From contig CAZYIA010000002.1 in assembly GCA_964646765.1 (NCBI GenBank), positions 208,735 to 272,734 of the forward strand: a stretch of DNA of 64,000 nt, written 5' to 3'. The translations under genes and the position numbers were made by a program. The DNA is from an uncultured Candidatus Saccharibacteria bacterium. GTDB lineage: Bacteria > Patescibacteriota > Minisyncoccia > Phycocordibacterales > UBA9973. Every line of letters starts with the position of its first letter. Position 1 is the first letter of the stretch. Shown here piece by piece: positions 29,901 through 38,807 of the stretch. Under the pieces are notes generated by a model that was not told the origin of the DNA, made no database searches, and was given only the letters and a program-made list of their open reading frames with translations.

Positions 29901-30285
29901 GTCACTGCAAACAACAGTAAACTTCGATCCAATTTATAAAATGGCTAAAGAGCATATCTTTAAAGACAATACAAAAGCTTCTGTCGATGGTGGTCGAAAG
30001 CAAGATGCACTCAACAGGGTTAAATTGCTTGGTGAATTGTATCCTCAAGCAAAAGACCTTTGCTTAGATATCATTAGAGCAATCAAGGATCTTGATGCTC
30101 TTCCAAATGGAGTACTTAAAGAGATTGTAGAACTTCGTATTGATAAAGCTAATCCAGAAAATGCATACTTAGAACTCAAAGAACTTATCCCAAGTAAATA
30201 TCTTGAAAGTATCTTTGAAACAGCTGATAGAGCAAATGATGATGGAAAGCTCATTGTTCTCTCTGAAGAATTAATCGCACTATGA
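26992..30285 (+). CDS. PLD-family nuclease (single HKD) fused to SNF2-family helicase
   Basis: N-terminus: 'NHSKFYILHN...GIVIEGSSNLT' (HxK...GSxN). SNF2 motifs: I 'ADVVGLGKSIIA', Ia 'TIIIAPPHLENQW', II 'ILDEAHKHRN', III 'LSATPFNNDPKDIYALIKLF', V/VI 'DAISEGFNLHRAGAIINYDIPYNPTRVIQRVGRINR'. 1097 aa. Confidence 0.75.
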   Translation: MSSSITNTGDNTLSSNLKSILPNCDKVDALVGYFYFSGFRDLHNELKDKQIRILVGMDIDKKIIDKVSTLKDLNLDSYTTDTKTSSRSIAKDDYIENFSRIFNDTDFFDNDESQKAFEIFLDKIKDGSLQIKKTAQANHSKFYILHNKPEFSTNGITPGIVIEGSSNLTFSGLKGQGEHNRILMEKHYYEDDVKRFESVWNDPDNIVITDLDSAETFIKEVKEKIWLYALPNPLLMYYKVLNEYFAVTEIENMKTPKHITGGKFSDLKYQKDAINLGIDRIKKFGGVIIADVVGLGKSIIASAIAHNLGYKTIIIAPPHLENQWKDYMSEFDFKGFVYSTGKIEEALQRHGDDEGKLLVILDEAHKHRNEDTDNYKVLHRLCAGNYVMALSATPFNNDPKDIYALIKLFSTPGQSTIRTVENLSMSFHMLFKRYKAVRRDLRKSTKDESDNSEIKVELHSIADELRKMIEPLIIRRSRLDLEEIEEYKEDLKAQGVAFAKVKDPQLLEYDLGDMFDLYVSTLEKIAPEDRSTSFIGARYKPASYINQGSKFLEKLIEQDDEDGMSAEEKLQRIQQGQSNLARFMRRLLVRRFESSVGAFKLSLKNMITSSEAMLDWYENRQEVPIFKKGVLPDAEYLSELDEKELEETLNRLEDKGLIRIPLSELQPQFGDHLRHDIALLKEIDSDWSDKTSDPKFEFFKQKITQSLTENPNRKIVVFTEFSDTANYVFQKLQKDGFNRVFKYSSEDASDENKKIIRSNFDAGLEEAKQSNDFDIIIATDAISEGFNLHRAGAIINYDIPYNPTRVIQRVGRINRINRKVFDELYIYNFFPTLTGELETRTKAISTLKMDLIHTLLGEDTKTLTSEEDLKNYFAKQYKEENSKNESLSWDAPYRNTWLKIKDDKKIMEQISRIPHRSRIARNTKDINGVVAFAKKSGNYVFAFGNTPETVQIVSPQVALPLFNQVVDSEESLQTTVNFDPIYKMAKEHIFKDNTKASVDGGRKQDALNRVKLLGELYPQAKDLCLDIIRAIKDLDALPNGVLKEIVELRIDKANPENAYLELKELIPSKYLESIFETADRANDDGKLIVLSEELIAL

Positions 30286-33200
30286 AATTAAACGAAAAAT
30301 ACAATCCAGAATCTTTTGTTAATTTTATTCAAGATTTTCTTCCTGAAGATTTTAATCTCAAAGAAGAGGATATTGTAATTAACAAAGATAGATATAAAGA
30401 GATAACCAGAGCAAAGATTTTGGGTTTTTGTGAATCGCTAGATTTACATGTTTTGGAAATGGATCATACCCACGATAAAGATCCACGAGTGGCAATCGCT
30501 ACTGATGCTTTCAAAATTCTTGCTGATCACTGGATCCACAGAGCTTTAGTTATATTTAAAAACAACGATTCTGATAACTATCGTTTTTCATACCTTACAA
30601 TATCTCTCGATCTTAATGATAAGAATAAAGTTGTTAAAAAGTACTCAAACGCACGACGTTATTCTTTTTATTTAGGAACTAACGCAAAAGTTAAAACTCC
30701 AGAACAACAACTTATTAAAAAAGGGAAAATTAAGGATGTAGATGATCTGCTTAATCGGTTTTCTGTTGAAGTCGTAAATAAGCAATTCTACCTAGAAGTT
30801 GCAAAATTCTTTGATGAATTGGTTTCAATAGAAGATCAAAACCTAATTCTTCCTGGAGTATCCGAAACAGATATAAACACCCGAAAAAGCTTTGCTGTTC
30901 GACTTATTGGTCGCGCGATGTTTTGCTGGTTTTTGAAGCAGAAAAAATCAGATAATGGACAACTTGTTCCTGACGAAATCTTATCTTCAAAAGTTGTATC
31001 TGATAATTACTATCACAATACTCTTGAGCCTCTTTTCTTTGGAGTTCTGAACACAAGTATTGATGCCCGTGATATACGAACTGAACTCTTTGATAAAGTG
31101 CCATATTTAAACGGAGGGTTGTTTAATCCTCAAACAGACGACTACTACGAACTTGATCGTGGTACTTTTGCTTCAAAATACATCAATACTCTCAAGATAA
31201 GCGACAAGTGGTTTAAGGAATTCTTTGAACTTCTAGAAACATATAATTTCACCATTGATGAAAACACCGTATTTGATCAAGAACTTTCCGTTGATCCTGA
31301 AATGCTTGGTCGTATTTTTGAAAATCTTTTGGCTGAAATTAACCCTGAAACAGGAAGTAGTGAACGAAAACGAACAGGAAGTTTTTATACTCCAAGACAG
31401 ATTGTTGAGTATATGGTGGACAAGTCTCTAGTTGAGTATTTTAAGACAAAGACAAGTATTGAAGATAAAAAACTAAATGCGGTAGTCAGTTACGATCTTA
31501 CTGATGATACAGAGTATCCATTAAACCAAGAAGAGAAAAAACAGATAATCGATGCTATTGAATCATTAAAAATTCTTGATCCTGCTTGTGGGTCAGGTGC
31601 ATATCCAATCGGTGCACTTCAGAAAATTGTATACATTCTGCAACAAGTAGATCCTGATTGTACAATGTGGCTCGATAAGAAGCTCCAGGGTGTACCAGAT
31701 TTGTACAAACAAAAGATAATTAATGAGGTAAAACAAAATCCGTTTGATTACACCAGAAAACTTGATGTCATAAAGAACTCAATTTTCGGGGTAGATATTC
31801 AACCAATCGCTGTAGATGTATCTCGCTTGCGATGTTTTTTGACGTTAGTTGTTGAATCTGAAATTGACGATAATAAACCAAATCGAGGTATTGAACCACT
31901 TCCAAACTTGGACTTTAAATTCGTATGTGCAAATACACTTATCCCTCTACCTAAATCAACTGCAACAAATCTTTTTGATGATCATTCAGGTATTACTGAG
32001 CTATCAAAAATAATGTCAGAATATTTCTCTTGTAATAGTCAAAGAAAAAATGAACTTAGAATTAAGTTCACTAATGCACAAAAAGAAATTCTTGAAAAAA
32101 CCGTATCAGCCTTTGGTAAAAATACTGGCGAGCTTACTTTAAAACTTACAACATGGAATCCATTTAGTAACCACTCAAATTCCTGGTTTGATCCAGAATG
32201 GATGTTTGGATTACAAGAAAAATTCAGCATTGTTATAGGTAATCCTCCATACGTTGATTCAGAAACAATGGTAAAAGATGATCCGGCAATGCGTGAGTTT
32301 TATTCATCTTTATATAAAACTGCAAGTGGTAACTGGGATCTTTTCGTTATTTTTATTGAACAAGGAATCAATCTTTTAAACGATAAAGGTAGTTTATCGT
32401 TTATAGTTCCAAATAAATTGATCGGGGCAAAATATTCAGAGTCAATACGATCTCTAATGATGTCAAAAAATATTCGATATATAAGAGACTATTCAAGTGT
32501 AAAAGTATTTAAAGAAGCAAGTGTTTATCCTGTTGTGTTTCAGGTTTCTAATTACACTCAAGATAAATCTGAGGTTATTTTAACAAAGATGAAGGATATT
32601 GAAGACGCGGAGTTGATAAACAAAGTCCCACATTCCTTGTTTTATGATGATGTATATTGGGATCGATATTTTATAGAACCCAAATTTTTAGAATTAATAG
32701 TAAAAATTACAAATAATAAAAAATTAGTAGAGATTAATAATCAGATTCTAGGATCAGCGACGGTTAATGAAGCATATCAACTCAAGGAGCTTGTGCATGA
32801 GATAGAAGACATCGAGGGGAATAATTTCAAGAAACTAATAAATTCAGGAACAATTGATCCTTATACTTCCTTGTGGGGTGTAAAAAAGACACAATATATT
32901 AAATCATCTTATAATAAACCTGTAGTTAATAATGATGTCTTACTAAAACTTCTGCCAAAAAGATTCACTCAAGCCGATTCTAGCAAATTAATTATTGCTG
33001 GGATGTCTAAAAGACTTGAGGTTTTTCTTGATAAAGGAGAATACATTGCTGGAAAATCCACTACAATTATTCTTGATAATCAAAAAATGGACATTCGTTA
33101 TTTGCTTGCTATTTTGAATTCAAAATTAATTTCTTATTGGTATCAGATTTACTTCAAATCACTTTCACTTGCAGGCGGATATCTTAGAATCAGTAATAAT

Positions 33201-33386
33201 GAAATTAAAAAAATCCCAATCGCAATTGCTGATAGTAGTTCAGAGATAACTATATTAGATTTGGTTGATCAAATTATGGATGGTAAATCTGCAAATGTAT
33301 CTGATTTGGAATCAAAATTAGAAGAATTAATAATGGATGTGTATAAATTAAACAACGAAGAAAAAGAAATCGTGCGGAATGCTTAA
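30282..33386 (+). CDS. Large gamma-class N6-adenine DNA methyltransferase (Eco57I/PglX/DrmMI-like) with C-terminal specificity region
   Basis: Motif I 'ILDPACGSGAYPIGAL' precedes motif IV 'VIGNPPYVD'. 1034 aa. ATGA overlap with the upstream helicase gene (translational coupling). Confidence 0.8.
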   Translation: MKLNEKYNPESFVNFIQDFLPEDFNLKEEDIVINKDRYKEITRAKILGFCESLDLHVLEMDHTHDKDPRVAIATDAFKILADHWIHRALVIFKNNDSDNYRFSYLTISLDLNDKNKVVKKYSNARRYSFYLGTNAKVKTPEQQLIKKGKIKDVDDLLNRFSVEVVNKQFYLEVAKFFDELVSIEDQNLILPGVSETDINTRKSFAVRLIGRAMFCWFLKQKKSDNGQLVPDEILSSKVVSDNYYHNTLEPLFFGVLNTSIDARDIRTELFDKVPYLNGGLFNPQTDDYYELDRGTFASKYINTLKISDKWFKEFFELLETYNFTIDENTVFDQELSVDPEMLGRIFENLLAEINPETGSSERKRTGSFYTPRQIVEYMVDKSLVEYFKTKTSIEDKKLNAVVSYDLTDDTEYPLNQEEKKQIIDAIESLKILDPACGSGAYPIGALQKIVYILQQVDPDCTMWLDKKLQGVPDLYKQKIINEVKQNPFDYTRKLDVIKNSIFGVDIQPIAVDVSRLRCFLTLVVESEIDDNKPNRGIEPLPNLDFKFVCANTLIPLPKSTATNLFDDHSGITELSKIMSEYFSCNSQRKNELRIKFTNAQKEILEKTVSAFGKNTGELTLKLTTWNPFSNHSNSWFDPEWMFGLQEKFSIVIGNPPYVDSETMVKDDPAMREFYSSLYKTASGNWDLFVIFIEQGINLLNDKGSLSFIVPNKLIGAKYSESIRSLMMSKNIRYIRDYSSVKVFKEASVYPVVFQVSNYTQDKSEVILTKMKDIEDAELINKVPHSLFYDDVYWDRYFIEPKFLELIVKITNNKKLVEINNQILGSATVNEAYQLKELVHEIEDIEGNNFKKLINSGTIDPYTSLWGVKKTQYIKSSYNKPVVNNDVLLKLLPKRFTQADSSKLIIAGMSKRLEVFLDKGEYIAGKSTTIILDNQKMDIRYLLAILNSKLISYWYQIYFKSLSLAGGYLRISNNEIKKIPIAIADSSSEITILDLVDQIMDGKSANVSDLESKLEELIMDVYKLNNEEKEIVRNA

Positions 33387-34720
33387 TTAAAAGATATTAT
33401 TTTATTTTTCAAGATAATCTTACTCTTAAAACAAGTTAGTAATTCTCGTTTCTCCTCAATTAAACCATCTTTCAAAATAAATTTGGCGTAGTCTCTAATG
33501 TCTATGTCTTTTATTTGTATTTGTTGCTTTGTGTTTAACACAAATTGATTAAAGCGTTTGATTCTTTCAACTTCGTATTTAATCTTTTCTTTCATTCCTA
33601 TCTCGTTAATATTTACCTGATCAATCAACTTTTCAAATTGCTGTATTAGATCTACTTCATTTATATACCCACACTTACAGTTCTTATCCTTAGATCTCGT
33701 ACACCCATAATAGATATGCCTATTTACTGATCCGTCTTTAAGTTTTTTAAACTTTTCATCTGCACATATTCCAGAACCACAAAGCCCACATGTCATCATT
33801 TTTGTAAAAGCAAATTCTTTTGGCTCTTGGGTTCGCAACACTTGGCTTTTTGTTTGTTCTTGGACTAGATCAAAAAGTTCTTTATTGATTATCGGCTCGT
33901 GTTTTCCAGTATAGAAATTTCCACTTTTCCGTGGATACTCAAAAACTCCATAATAGAATGGATTTTGAAGTATGAGATAAATATTGCTAAGGGTAAGACC
34001 TTTGTTGCCACTACGAGTTTTGAAATTAAGATCGAACTTAAGCCAGTGATAAAGTTTTCTTCCTGACCATTTTTCGTATGCCACTTTTTCAAACATTTGT
34101 TTAACTATCGGTGCTCGTTCTGGGTCTATAACGACTTCACACTTTTTATCCATTCGTTTTTCATTGAGATACCCAACAACAGCAGGACCCGGGCGAAGCC
34201 CCATCTCACATCTTGTTCGTAAACCTCGTTTTACATTGATACTTTTATTATCGTTCTCGAGTTTTGCTTGAGAACATAGAATCATCAAAAGAAACTTCTC
34301 ATTTGGAGAATTTTTGAAGTGTTGCCCATATGTTCTGATTTCAAGAAGTTTTGTTTCATCCATAAGATCAACAACAGATCCAAGGTCACCGGCATTTCTT
34401 GATAGACGATCTGGTGCCCAGGTGAGTATACCGTTATACCTACCACGCCTTATGTCCTCTAATACCTCTCTAAATACTGGTCGTTGACCAGATTCTTTAG
34501 CCGAGTGAGATTCACGTCTAATATCAACAACCGTTAAACTATCACGGTCGGCTATAGCAAGCATTTCCTTAACCTGTGATTCGATAGACAGGGCTTGTTT
34601 TTCGTCTGATTCGGTTGATTTTCGAGCATATAGGACATACCGAATCTTGGTTTTTGGTACCTCTGTCCTTACTCCTAAATTGCTTATATATTGCGTCTCC
34701 ATATTATATTGATGACGCAA
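33383..34720 (-). CDS. Large serine recombinase (integrase)
   Basis: Resolvase catalytic domain 'YVLYARKSTESDEKQALSIESQ'. Recombinase domain. Zn-ribbon 'CGLCGSGICADEKF...YYGCTRSKDKNCKCGY'. C-terminal coiled-coil. 445 aa. Confidence 0.85.
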   Translation of the reverse strand: MRHQYNMETQYISNLGVRTEVPKTKIRYVLYARKSTESDEKQALSIESQVKEMLAIADRDSLTVVDIRRESHSAKESGQRPVFREVLEDIRRGRYNGILTWAPDRLSRNAGDLGSVVDLMDETKLLEIRTYGQHFKNSPNEKFLLMILCSQAKLENDNKSINVKRGLRTRCEMGLRPGPAVVGYLNEKRMDKKCEVVIDPERAPIVKQMFEKVAYEKWSGRKLYHWLKFDLNFKTRSGNKGLTLSNIYLILQNPFYYGVFEYPRKSGNFYTGKHEPIINKELFDLVQEQTKSQVLRTQEPKEFAFTKMMTCGLCGSGICADEKFKKLKDGSVNRHIYYGCTRSKDKNCKCGYINEVDLIQQFEKLIDQVNINEIGMKEKIKYEVERIKRFNQFVLNTKQQIQIKDIDIRDYAKFILKDGLIEEKRELLTCFKSKIILKNKIISFN

Positions 34721-34774
34721 TTTGAGCGTTTTGCTAAGTCTATGCAGAACTAGCGAAATATTGCATACTCGCGA

Positions 34775-36277
34775 CTACTTCACTGACTCAACATCAACAT
34801 AATCAGAATAATAAATTGTGCTGTCGTCATCACCACCTAGCCAAAACATTATTATGGTACCTTCATTTGAATGCTTATCGAGAGTTGCATTTATGAGTAG
34901 TGAAAATGCGTCTGCAAGATCATCGTGTTTTTCAGCCCCAAATCCAACCAGTTGTTCAATTAAATCTTCACACCCTTGTCTGGGGAACTTTATAATCCCT
35001 GATTTTATAGCAGTTGAAGTAAGAGAAAGTCTAGTTCTTTTATCTCCTTTCGGCTTAATTGCTTCTGCGGTAATTCCATGAAGCTCAAGCATTTGAGGTA
35101 GTGCTTCTTGATATGCAACACTCTCAACAAAAAGAGTGTCGCTAGATCTTGGCATATTAGTTGCTTTAAAGTTTTTCATTAAATCCACTTGTGCCGGGAA
35201 ATTTAGTTTTTGCTGAATTGGGTTTGGGAGGATGTATATACGCATTTTTTCTCTTCTGCTATACACATGAGCAGAAACAATAGTTGTAAAATCCGCTGAA
35301 TCTTTTGCTGAAATGGCAAGGTCTACTCCTGCATAAGTACCTCGGTATCCCATATGCCTGGTTCCAGGCAGATCATCATAATATTGAATCCATTCTCTAT
35401 AAATAACTTGATCATCACTCGGAATAATACGAAGTAAATATTCCCGTTGCCATGATATTTCACTAGCAACTTTTAGTTTTTCTTCTTCAATATCTTTTGT
35501 ATCTTTGTATTTTCCAGGCCACAAGCATAGATCATTTTTATCTAAGAGTGGGTATTCTTTAAAAATACCTTTTGCTTTGCCTTTTGAAATTTCGTCCTTG
35601 ATACGCATTAAGAGTGAATCCTCGTGGAGCAAGTTTCCGACAATGATTAGTCGAGTATTTCTATCTCCAGCAGGTACAATCTCACCACGGAGCCAATGAT
35701 ACGTCTTATCTCTCCCTTCACGAGTTTTAGCAGACTGCACGTCTTCCACATCATCACAAATGATTAAGTCTGGTCGATGTTCGTTATGGCGAATACCACG
35801 AATACTTTGTTCAGTAGAAGCTACGGTAATTCTAGCTCCGTGCTTCTTAAAAACGAGAGAGAACGAACCCCACTCGTCGCTTTCTTCTTGAAATGGTCCA
35901 AGATCTTTTTTAAGAACATCGTTACCCTCAAGTTCAGTACGAATATTCATCATATGTTGCTTTGCCTGTGCTCTAGTCTGACAGAAAATAATACAAAATT
36001 TCTTTTGTTGTTTTCCGAGGATTGCCCAAATAGGATATGCAGTCGTTACCATAGTAGATTTTCCAGATCCACGAAATGCCACCACATATAGGTTTTCAGT
36101 AGTGCTTTTTTCGAGATTATGGATAATCTCTTTTTGAAAGTCTGCCGTTTCGTACTTCACATAGTGTGCATAGTAGAAGTGGAAAAAGTATAGGAAGCTA
36201 TCTTTTGTAATTGATGTTCGCACTGATCTATCTTTAATCATAGTATTCACCAGTGCTTTTGGAATTATTTTAGTCAT
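34775..36277 (-). CDS. Phage terminase large subunit
   Basis: Walker A 'VVAFRGSGKSTM'. Walker B 'LIICDDVED'. C-terminal RNaseH-like nuclease region with acidic residues. 500 aa. Confidence 0.8.
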   Translation of the reverse strand: MTKIIPKALVNTMIKDRSVRTSITKDSFLYFFHFYYAHYVKYETADFQKEIIHNLEKSTTENLYVVAFRGSGKSTMVTTAYPIWAILGKQQKKFCIIFCQTRAQAKQHMMNIRTELEGNDVLKKDLGPFQEESDEWGSFSLVFKKHGARITVASTEQSIRGIRHNEHRPDLIICDDVEDVQSAKTREGRDKTYHWLRGEIVPAGDRNTRLIIVGNLLHEDSLLMRIKDEISKGKAKGIFKEYPLLDKNDLCLWPGKYKDTKDIEEEKLKVASEISWQREYLLRIIPSDDQVIYREWIQYYDDLPGTRHMGYRGTYAGVDLAISAKDSADFTTIVSAHVYSRREKMRIYILPNPIQQKLNFPAQVDLMKNFKATNMPRSSDTLFVESVAYQEALPQMLELHGITAEAIKPKGDKRTRLSLTSTAIKSGIIKFPRQGCEDLIEQLVGFGAEKHDDLADAFSLLINATLDKHSNEGTIIMFWLGGDDDSTIYYSDYVDVESVK

Positions 36278-36279
36278 AA

Positions 36280-36687
36280 TTATTTTTTACGATTAATGTT
36301 TTTAATGGATTTCGACTTGGTAATTTTTGCGAGTTTAAGTGCCTGCTTTACAATTTTCGCTTGTGACGGTGTTAGTTCCTCGTTATCATCTTTAGTAGTA
36401 ATCTCAAGTTTGTTTTTGTAATTATCATTTCGATGACGAAGCCAAAAACTAATTGCAGGATAGTTTTTCTCTTTAATAAGAGTAAGTAGTTGGCTTTCGC
36501 TCATGTCATTTACCAAAGTAACACCTTCAGAAAGTGCACCATCCATTTTCTTGAGAAATTCTTTATCATCTTTTCTCCATCGATATACACTGTTGCGAGA
36601 CAATCCTGTTTTCTCACACGCTACCTGAACGATTGGCACTTTTCGCAGTTCATCAAGGAACTGGTCTTGAAATTTATTCTTTTTCAT
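36280..36687 (-). CDS. Putative terminase small subunit / HTH DNA-binding protein
   Basis: 135 aa. HTH 'VACEKTGLSRNSVYRWRKDDKEF'. Basic C-terminus. Sits immediately upstream of TerL and overlaps the preceding gene's end. Confidence 0.45.
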   Translation of the reverse strand: MKKNKFQDQFLDELRKVPIVQVACEKTGLSRNSVYRWRKDDKEFLKKMDGALSEGVTLVNDMSESQLLTLIKEKNYPAISFWLRHRNDNYKNKLEITTKDDNEELTPSQAKIVKQALKLAKITKSKSIKNINRKK

Positions 36688-37951
36688 AGAAGTTCTTGAT
36701 TACCTGTGCTTTGTGACCAGTTAATTTTTCATAGCGACGAATCGCCAAATCGCAAAACACAGGTTCTATTTCTAGGGAATAGACCTTTCGACCCAATTGT
36801 TCCGCACAGATCATAGTGCTAGCAGATCCAGAAAAGGCATCAAAAATGATGTCTCCTGGCTTAGTGCAACGCATAATAAACTTATGGTGTAATTCAGGAT
36901 TTTTACTCGTTGCATGTTCCATTTGATTTGAAGGTAGTCGTTTTGTAGCCCAAATGTTTGAAACATCTTCTAGAAGCTGATTACCAGTTCCATAATCTTT
37001 GTTTTGAACTTCGTTTAGATTTCTTACGAGATCAGAAATATATGGAGATCCTTTTGTGCCGTACACGCAATACTCAAGACACTTGTTGAACGCCACGGTA
37101 GGTGTCGGCGATGAGTTATTTTTAACCCAAACATTAAGTCTTCGGTTCTTAACTCCGTTTTCCATATAGAGTGTTTGAAAAACCCACACCCAGGCTTCAT
37201 CACACCAGAAAGCGACATGTACATCTTTAGTAGATATGGTTAGTGAAGATTTTAGAACCTTGCGAATAAATTCTTTATATTCTTCGGGTGATTGATTGTC
37301 GTCAAACGTACCTCCGTAGTTGGATTTATTTCCCACACCTTTATCGTATGAGAGCCCTATATTAAAGGGTGGGTCATTGTAGATAGCAGTGGCTTTATCG
37401 TTTCCGAACAGTTTAGTAACAGCATTAACATCAGTTGAACTAGCACACAACAACTTATGACTACCCATGATTATAAGATCACCTGGTTTAGTCTGTGGTG
37501 TTTTTATTTTCTTTAACTCTTTATCGACATCGAATTTGTCATCTTTGGTATCCTTTTCTTCGTCCCAAAACTTAACCAATTCTTTTTCGTTAAATCCAGC
37601 AAATTGCAAAAGCTCTAGGTCAAAAGACTTAAGCTTTTCAAAATCCCATTCTCCATCATTTATATTACTTTCAATAGCAATCTTGCGACGTTCTTCGTCA
37701 GATAATTTACGATCAGGTATCAACACGTTTACTTGCTTGATACCAAGTTGTATCAAAGCGGTTTTTCTTTGATTGCCTGAAATAATAGTGTTATCTGTAT
37801 CAATGACAATCACACTGTGAAAACCACTTTGAATGATTTTCTCCTTTAATTTCTCCATAGCGACCCTTGAGATTTTTCTTGGATTTTCTTTCCAAGGGAG
37901 TAAGTCTTTGACCTCTCGAACTCCTGTTTTCCATAAAGGTTTTTTATTCAT
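36674..37951 (-). CDS. ParB-like nuclease domain fused to beta-class N4/N6 DNA methyltransferase
   Basis: ParB/Srx box 'IISGNQRKTALIQLGIKQVNVLI'. MTase motif IV 'DPPFNIG' precedes motif I 'IIFDAFSGSASTMICAEQLGRK'. 425 aa. Confidence 0.75.
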   Translation of the reverse strand: MNKKPLWKTGVREVKDLLPWKENPRKISRVAMEKLKEKIIQSGFHSVIVIDTDNTIISGNQRKTALIQLGIKQVNVLIPDRKLSDEERRKIAIESNINDGEWDFEKLKSFDLELLQFAGFNEKELVKFWDEEKDTKDDKFDVDKELKKIKTPQTKPGDLIIMGSHKLLCASSTDVNAVTKLFGNDKATAIYNDPPFNIGLSYDKGVGNKSNYGGTFDDNQSPEEYKEFIRKVLKSSLTISTKDVHVAFWCDEAWVWVFQTLYMENGVKNRRLNVWVKNNSSPTPTVAFNKCLEYCVYGTKGSPYISDLVRNLNEVQNKDYGTGNQLLEDVSNIWATKRLPSNQMEHATSKNPELHHKFIMRCTKPGDIIFDAFSGSASTMICAEQLGRKVYSLEIEPVFCDLAIRRYEKLTGHKAQVIKNFYEKE

Positions 37952-38125
37952 AGAGTTTTTATTTAATTACTTATAAATTTGTAGATGACTAATCTACTAA
38001 CTCCATGAAATCAAAAAGGTACATAGGCATGTAATTGGCATAAAATTGAGTAGCATAAAGAAAAAACGCCTATTTAAAGGCGATTTTTCAAAGTTATCCA
38101 CTCAACTTGGTGTCAACTTAGGAAT

Positions 38126-38749
38126 TTATTCTTTCTCTATATGTATTTTAGGATTGATACGATACCCAGAACCTTTCTTTCCTTGAATAAGTTTTGTTTT
38201 CTTTGGAAGTCTTAGGGTGTTGATCACATAGTCATTAAAAGTCTGAACTATTTTTGCTACGGCTGACGATGAAAGCATGGATCCAAGTTCTTTTGTTTTT
38301 ACATATGTGCCACGATCAAGAAGTATTTCAAGTAATTGTTTTCTTTTTCCATTTTCAGTGAGATCGTATGAGAAAAGTTTACCTCCCAAATGTCTATCGA
38401 GTGATCCATTTCTTGTGTCATAAATAATTACATTGCTGTCTTGGCTCGAAGATAAAAGTCGCTTGTGGTTTTTATTTAACTCCTGGAGTTCTTCTAGAAT
38501 GTCGTATTCAACAGGACGACGGTATACGATTTCAGGGTATTCTACTGGTTCAAAAAGTTTTACTTGTTCTCGAACGCGATTCATTTGTTCAATGATCGGC
38601 TGAGCAATTTTTCTCACATTTTCAATCATTTCTGCATGTCTTTTACCAATCTCTTGGAATTGAGAAATCTGCCCCTCACTCAAAGCAGGAGGGTGTATCT
38701 TTGCTACCAGTTCACCGACGGTCATTGGTTTTTTCTGGTCATTTTCCAT
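38126..38749 (-). CDS. Hypothetical phage-island protein (early gene, divergent from the repressor)
   Basis: 207 aa. Basic C-terminus 'LPKKTKLIQGKKGSGYRINPK' may bind DNA. No firm motif. Confidence 0.35.
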   Translation of the reverse strand: MENDQKKPMTVGELVAKIHPPALSEGQISQFQEIGKRHAEMIENVRKIAQPIIEQMNRVREQVKLFEPVEYPEIVYRRPVEYDILEELQELNKNHKRLLSSSQDSNVIIYDTRNGSLDRHLGGKLFSYDLTENGKRKQLLEILLDRGTYVKTKELGSMLSSSAVAKIVQTFNDYVINTLRLPKKTKLIQGKKGSGYRINPKIHIEKE

Positions 38750-38807
38750 AAAGACATCATAGCAAATACTTGCTTTTTTGTATAGAGTAATTTATACTAT
38801 TTATACC

